Part shown: positions 55,789 through 60,238 of the stretch, piece after piece
Layout of the letters: each line of letters opens with the position of its first letter
Numbering within the stretch: the stretch's first letter is position 1
From: a bacterium
GTDB taxonomy: Bacteria; Patescibacteriota; JABMPQ01; JBDRIV01
Direction of reading: 5' to 3'
Assembly: GCA_043815505.1 (NCBI GenBank)
Contig: JBDRIV010000003.1
Coordinates: 1-60,238 of the forward strand
Length of the DNA: 60,238 nt
Notes under the pieces: generated by a model
What the model was told of the DNA's origin: nothing
Databases searched by the model: none
The model's input: only the letters and a program-made list of their open reading frames with translations
Translations under genes and position numbers: made by a program

Positions 55789-57131
55789 ATCTTGGATAAT
55801 AAATTTTTTATTTTTTCCCTGTCGTCCCAGGGAATTTTTTTATTGTTTTTTACCACCATACTTTGTTCTGATCCTTTTCCGGTGACAATTATAATATCAT
55901 TTTCATTTGCTAATTTGAGAGCTTTTTTTAGAGCCTCTTCTCTGTCCAAAATTTTAAAAGCATTTTCTTCTAATTTTTTTTCAGAATTAACAGCTCCGGC
56001 CAAAACACTATCAATAATTATTTCTGGATCTTCGTCGTAAGGATCTTCGTTAGTAACAATTACAAAATCAGTATATTTGGCCGCCAATTCTCCTAAGGTT
56101 TTTCTTTTACCTTTATCGCGACCCCCACCCGCAGCTCCCAACACACTAATTATTTTGTGATGAGGTTTTTTTTGTAATGTTTGATAAACTTTTTCCAAAC
56201 TGGCCGGTTCGTGAGCATAATCAACATAAACTTCAAATTTTTTATTACTAGCAATTCTTTCCAAGCGTCCAATTATATGGGGAATTGATTTGAAATATTT
56301 TTTTAAGTCAGCCAAAGAAATTTTTTGTTGCAAGCAACAAGTTAAAGCAGCTAAAGCATTTTCCACATTAAAATCTCCTAAAACATCTAAAGTAATTTTT
56401 TCTTTCTCGTTTTTGGCCTTGGCAATAAATGTTGTTTTGTTTTCCTGACTAGAAATATTACTGGCCATAACAGTTGGAGCTACTGTTGGTACAGTCGATT
56501 CTTTAGTTGCACTTAAATATCCTAACTTTTCATCGGCTAAAAAACTTAAGAAGTAAGTAGCCTCTTTGTCAGCTAAATTTACAATGGCCGTTTTGGGAAT
56601 GGGTCGAAACTTGGTTTTATCAAAAACTTGTTTGGTTGGCGTTTTTTTAAGATTAGCAAATAGTTCGCCTTTAGCTTTTTTATAATTCTCAAAAGAACCG
56701 TGCGCTTCTATATGTTCAGGTGTTAAATTGGTAAAAACGGCGATGTCATAAGCAATATGGCAAGCACGATACTGAGTAATGCCTTCACTCGAAGTTTCTA
56801 TAATGGCATATTCACATTTCTTGCGCACCATTTTTCTTATCAATTTTTGCAAACGAAAACGTCCTGGCATAGTTTGCTTGGTGTTATTAATCCATTCCTT
56901 GCCTGCAATTTTAAACATTGCCGTTGTAATCAGACCAACTTTATATCCAGCCGCTTCTAATAATTTTGCTATATAGTATGAAGTTGTACTTTTGCCATTG
57001 GTACCAGTTACGCCTATGACAATTAAATCGTTGGAAGGATGACGATAATATGAAGCCGCCAAAAAACTTAAGGACTGGTGATAACGCCTAATTAAAAATT
57101 TAGGAATTAGTTTTTTTAGAAATTTCTTCAT
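55785..57131 (-). CDS. murE: Mur ligase family protein, MurE-like
   Basis: 448 aa. GVTGTNGKSTT P-loop and the pattern TNLTPEHIEAHGSFENYKKAK. Confidence 0.8.
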   Translation of the reverse strand: MKKFLKKLIPKFLIRRYHQSLSFLAASYYRHPSNDLIVIGVTGTNGKSTTSYYIAKLLEAAGYKVGLITTAMFKIAGKEWINNTKQTMPGRFRLQKLIRKMVRKKCEYAIIETSSEGITQYRACHIAYDIAVFTNLTPEHIEAHGSFENYKKAKGELFANLKKTPTKQVFDKTKFRPIPKTAIVNLADKEATYFLSFLADEKLGYLSATKESTVPTVAPTVMASNISSQENKTTFIAKAKNEKEKITLDVLGDFNVENALAALTCCLQQKISLADLKKYFKSIPHIIGRLERIASNKKFEVYVDYAHEPASLEKVYQTLQKKPHHKIISVLGAAGGGRDKGKRKTLGELAAKYTDFVIVTNEDPYDEDPEIIIDSVLAGAVNSEKKLEENAFKILDREEALKKALKLANENDIIIVTGKGSEQSMVVKNNKKIPWDDREKIKNLLSKI

Positions 57132-58280
57132 TTAAAATAGTAGAAAATAAATCTCGTAAACAATACCGCAAGCAAATAGTGTCATTAGTAATATTCTAAC
57201 AGGTTCCGGCATATGTAATGTAAATGGCGATTTATTTCTTATTCCATAACGTTGAACTTTTTTATGCATCAATAAAATTATTATACCGTCAAACCCACCC
57301 ATTACCGCTCCTACCAGTCCCATAGTTTCAATAAAAGTTGTTAAACGCAAAATATATATTATTAACGGAAATATTACAACCAAAAACCAAGCGGCAATTT
57401 TTGGTAGTTTATAATCTAGCTGATAAATTTCTCGTAAAACATAACCCAGTATTAGAAAAGAAGTTGTCATACTGAGAACTCCAAAAATTGCGCCGACGTT
57501 CAATACGGCACTACCCAATACTGCTCCTAATCCCTCAACAGCTCCTTCGGTTGTATCTTCACCAGTTACACCAACAACGACTAATACAAAAATAAAATAC
57601 ACAACAAATGGTAGAAGAATACCAGCAGTAATTGCTTTTTTAACTAAGTCCCGACGATTTTTTAGAATCTCTGCCACACTTGGTATAGCTGAAGCACCTG
57701 CAAAAGCAAATAGAATTACGCCGTATGGTAGAAACATATTGGCAGCATAAAACGTTACCAAGTTATCGGTATTTATTTCTGGTACACCAATCCAAGCAAT
57801 TAGAATAATAACAAACAGCAACATAAAAACCATAAACATTTCTATTTTGGCTACGGTTTTTAAACCAAACCAAATTAGAAATGAAGCTATAGCATAAAAA
57901 ATCAATCCGTAGGTGAAGGCCGGCAAAGGTAAAAATGGTTCGAGTAAAACAGATAAAAAATTACCGACTTCGATTGCATAGGCAATAAGCGCTCCATAAA
58001 TTCCAAAAATAAGAGAGAACATCACAATTCCTTTTCCCCACTTTCCTAAATAACGCTCAGCATATCCAGGAAGTTGATGCTTGGATTTAGTACGAAGAAC
58101 AACTTCTCCATAAGCTAGTGTCGTTATCCAAACTACAAATCCCAATATAACCAAATGAACAAGACCGGCTAAAAAGCCGGCTCGCGATACGACGTAAGGA
58201 AGTCCAAAAACCCCCGCACCTACAATATTCCCAATCAGAATAGCAATGGCTCCTAAGAAATTGTTTTTAGTATGTGACAT
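57132..58280 (-). CDS. Amino acid permease (hydroxy/aromatic amino acid permease-like, ~11 TM)
   Basis: 382 aa. The N-terminal IGNIVGAGVFGLPY motif and a polytopic profile. Confidence 0.8.
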   Translation of the reverse strand: MSHTKNNFLGAIAILIGNIVGAGVFGLPYVVSRAGFLAGLVHLVILGFVVWITTLAYGEVVLRTKSKHQLPGYAERYLGKWGKGIVMFSLIFGIYGALIAYAIEVGNFLSVLLEPFLPLPAFTYGLIFYAIASFLIWFGLKTVAKIEMFMVFMLLFVIILIAWIGVPEINTDNLVTFYAANMFLPYGVILFAFAGASAIPSVAEILKNRRDLVKKAITAGILLPFVVYFIFVLVVVGVTGEDTTEGAVEGLGAVLGSAVLNVGAIFGVLSMTTSFLILGYVLREIYQLDYKLPKIAAWFLVVIFPLIIYILRLTTFIETMGLVGAVMGGFDGIIILLMHKKVQRYGIRNKSPFTLHMPEPVRILLMTLFACGIVYEIYFLLF

Positions 58281-58500
58281 GAATTATTTTTTTCTACCGA
58301 AAAGTGAATAGAAAAATGAGTGCGATATGGCCATATATGAACCTGTCTCACCTGGACGGACACGAATGTTTTTACGGCGACACCCAGCTGTGTGAGCATT
58401 ATCACGCGTCCTGGTATAGGGCGGATAGCGGTGATAGCCGTACATTGTGCCGTTGAATCTTTTTTTGTTATTGTCAAAAAGTCCTCCGGACATTATGTTT
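58281..58500 (-). promoter_or_regulatory. GC-rich structured 5' leader of the permease gene (candidate riboswitch/ncRNA; class unknown)
   Basis: ~220 nt with no credible ORF and visibly higher G+C than the flanks. Several complementary segments on the minus strand: GGACGCG/CGUGUCC with one G-U, ACCAG/CUGGGU, and CGGC..CACC/GGUG..GCCG. Confidence 0.35.
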
Positions 58501-58522
58501 TTGTTTATTTTATTTTGTTTTT

Positions 58523-59239
58523 TTATTTAAATGTAAATGAATCTATAATATCAGCAAATTTTTCTTGGTAGCGATCATAATCGTTGCTGGGCGCAAAAGC
58601 ATGAATGAAGAAAACATCTTGGCCGCGCAGAATCCACATCTCATCTACGGTTCTGTATAATTCTTCCGATTCGTAATGCAGGCTGGTGGCTGGATAATTG
58701 TATTTGCTTTCCGCCACTATTTCCTCGTCAGCATCTTTGTATTGTGCCTCGGGAGAATCTTTGTATTTGTTGCGCACATTTACAAACCAAGCTTCTTCAT
58801 TGTCTATATTTTCTAAATCAGATAATTTATTTTTGAAAACGAACACACCTGTGGTGGCGCTGAACAAATTGTCTGGAGCAATTACAGTTTGGGGATCAAA
58901 AATATACATAGCAATCTCTTCCCAACCAGCTTCCAGTGTTTTGTCTGTTGGTTCTTCGGCTTCACCTTTTTTCCAGCTGTCTGGATATTTAACAGAAAAC
59001 TGATGAACATCATGCTGATAAGTTTTTAAGCCATCTTCCCCTACTTCATCTTGAGCTACGTCAGCGGCAATCATTTCGTAATTAATACTACCGTCTTCAT
59101 TATAACCTGTTGGTTCAGTAACTGTCACTTCTTCCTGATCGCTATTTTTTTGCCGTAAATAAATGGCCAGGGCAAGAATTATGATAACAATAATTATAAC
59201 TCCTATTCTTAAACCCGATGATAATTTATTTTTTGTCAT
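58523..59239 (-). CDS. Hypothetical membrane-anchored extracytoplasmic protein
   Basis: 238 aa with an N-terminal TM helix. It overlaps the upstream gene by 4 nt. Confidence 0.75.
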   Translation of the reverse strand: MTKNKLSSGLRIGVIIIVIIILALAIYLRQKNSDQEEVTVTEPTGYNEDGSINYEMIAADVAQDEVGEDGLKTYQHDVHQFSVKYPDSWKKGEAEEPTDKTLEAGWEEIAMYIFDPQTVIAPDNLFSATTGVFVFKNKLSDLENIDNEEAWFVNVRNKYKDSPEAQYKDADEEIVAESKYNYPATSLHYESEELYRTVDEMWILRGQDVFFIHAFAPSNDYDRYQEKFADIIDSFTFK

Positions 59240-60238
59240 TTATTTTTTCTTTTTATCAAAGTCTTAATAAAACGATAGATTAACCAAAATATAAACCAGA
59301 GAATAAGAATTATTGGTAGAACAATTATAGATAACCAAATTAGGATATCAGCAATTCCTTGTAATGAAACAATCAATGAGTGCCACGCTTGTTTAATAGT
59401 TGTAAGTGGCTTCCATTCATCGGTTGGAACTGTTACGGAAACATCTTCCGAAACATATACCGTAACGGTTGCTAAATCAGTTTTGTTTTCCAGATATTTA
59501 ATTTTTCCTTGCGTTCGCTCAATACTGGCACGAACAGAACTTAACTTTGTTTCAATTTTTAATAGATCATCCACATTTTCTGCTTGCTCAATAAATGTTA
59601 GAAGTCGAGATTCTTCTGTTTGATAGTTTTTTAGTTGTGCTTGCAAATCAACATAGTCCTCAGTGACATCTTGTCCACTAATACTTTCTGAAGTGACATC
59701 AGAAACAACATCTTTAATAATCTTTATGGCAGTTTCAAATTCATCTACCGGCACTCTAATAATTACTGTGGAATAAGTGTAGCCTTTGTCAGTTGTGTAA
59801 GTATAGGAATCATCGGTATAACCACCTTTGACTTCTGCTAATTTATTAATTTCCAAAACCACGTCTTCTGTAATATCAGCGGTAACACTTAAAGTTGCAG
59901 TTTTGATAATTTTTTGTTCAGTTACCTCTGTTGTAGTATCGGTGGTTGTTTGATCTACAGATGAATCTTCAGCAATTTCAGATTCTGTAAGTGTTTCTTT
60001 GTCAGCCAAAATAGAATTATCGGAAGCAGATAAAAAACTGGATCCACTTTCAGTTTCAGCTGAACCATATCCTGGTGAATAAGCATCGTCAGTGTCGTCA
60101 TCATAACTTGTGCTTTTGTAAACTGAGTAACCAATTCCAATTAAAGTAACGGTGGTTAAAACACCAATAATTACAACGGCAATGATTACACCGAGTATAA
60201 TTTTTAAAAATCTTCCTTTTGTTGGTTTGTTTTTTGTC
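59236..60238 (-). CDS. DUF4349-like membrane protein, 5'-partial (reading frame open to the window edge)
   Basis: The frame stays open upstream of the track start at 60009 and encodes a TM helix (ILGVIIAVVIIGVLTTVTLIGIG). The C-terminal part shows IIRVPVDEFETA..., SGQDVTEDYVDLQAQLKN and a C-terminal TM helix. Confidence 0.75.
   Translation of the reverse strand, partial: TKNKPTKGRFLKIILGVIIAVVIIGVLTTVTLIGIGYSVYKSTSYDDDTDDAYSPGYGSAETESGSSFLSASDNSILADKETLTESEIAEDSSVDQTTTDTTTEVTEQKIIKTATLSVTADITEDVVLEINKLAEVKGGYTDDSYTYTTDKGYTYSTVIIRVPVDEFETAIKIIKDVVSDVTSESISGQDVTEDYVDLQAQLKNYQTEESRLLTFIEQAENVDDLLKIETKLSSVRASIERTQGKIKYLENKTDLATVTVYVSEDVSVTVPTDEWKPLTTIKQAWHSLIVSLQGIADILIWLSIIVLPIILILWFIFWLIYRFIKTLIKRKNK

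Noticed and set aside
58253-58493. 74-aa and 69-aa minus-strand ORFs upstream of the permease
   Set aside because: The frames overlap each other, have odd Arg/Gly/Thr-rich composition and lack a Shine-Dalgarno. The region is better explained as a structured leader.
58281-58500. SRP RNA or T-box assignment for the permease leader
   Set aside because: There is no GGAA-tetraloop/AGCA helix-8 motif, and no AAnnnGGGTGGTACCGCG T-box sequence. The similarities are too weak to call.

Overview
This 60.2-kb window comes from an AT-rich, gene-dense bacterial chromosome (roughly one-third G+C by eye, not computed). It uses the standard genetic code: TGA works as a stop, for example at the end of uvrC.

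Most of the window is housekeeping:
- dnaG and rpoD
- ppsA and pyk
- groES-groEL with a CIRCE operator
- uvrA and uvrC
- secG, RNase J, trpS
- rpsF-ssb-rpsR
- ychF, efp, recA, a rodZ-like gene, ftsK
- rpoB-rpoC, tsaB, murE
- three tRNAs read by hand: Asn-GTT, Ser-GGA, Leu-CAG

Several traits fit a Patescibacteria/CPR-like genome, but this is inference only. They are Lys/Arg-rich N-terminal extensions on RpoD, FtsK, RNase J and RecA, small 4-helix-bundle and GIY-YIG genes, a membrane-anchored orphan substrate-binding protein, and a YfhO-like membrane protein.

The unusual content is mostly small and intergenic:
1. A large serine recombinase whose 3' end runs antisense into an intact tRNA-Asn. 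It is preceded by a pseudoknot-like structured leader and an 11-bp tandem array cut by the window edge.
2. A GIY-YIG gene bounded by a 13-14-bp inverted repeat that splits dnaG from rpoD, plus two gene-less copies of the same repeat.
3. A 4-helix-bundle gene flanked by inverted heptamer arrays, with an empty version and an expanded version of those arrays elsewhere.
4. Two ~105-bp elements with 28-bp terminal inverted repeats, one just after groEL and one just after recA.
5. A ~140-bp repeat present twice in opposite orientation.
6. An intact tRNA-Ser nested between partial copies of its own 5' and 3' parts.
7. A three-gene operon built from four copies of one ~65-aa module.
8. Two GC-rich single-gene expression cassettes.
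9. Several GC-rich structured non-coding stretches that are ncRNA or riboswitch candidates.

I found no CRISPR array, rRNA gene or recognisable defence system. All functional interpretations of the novel items are hypotheses.
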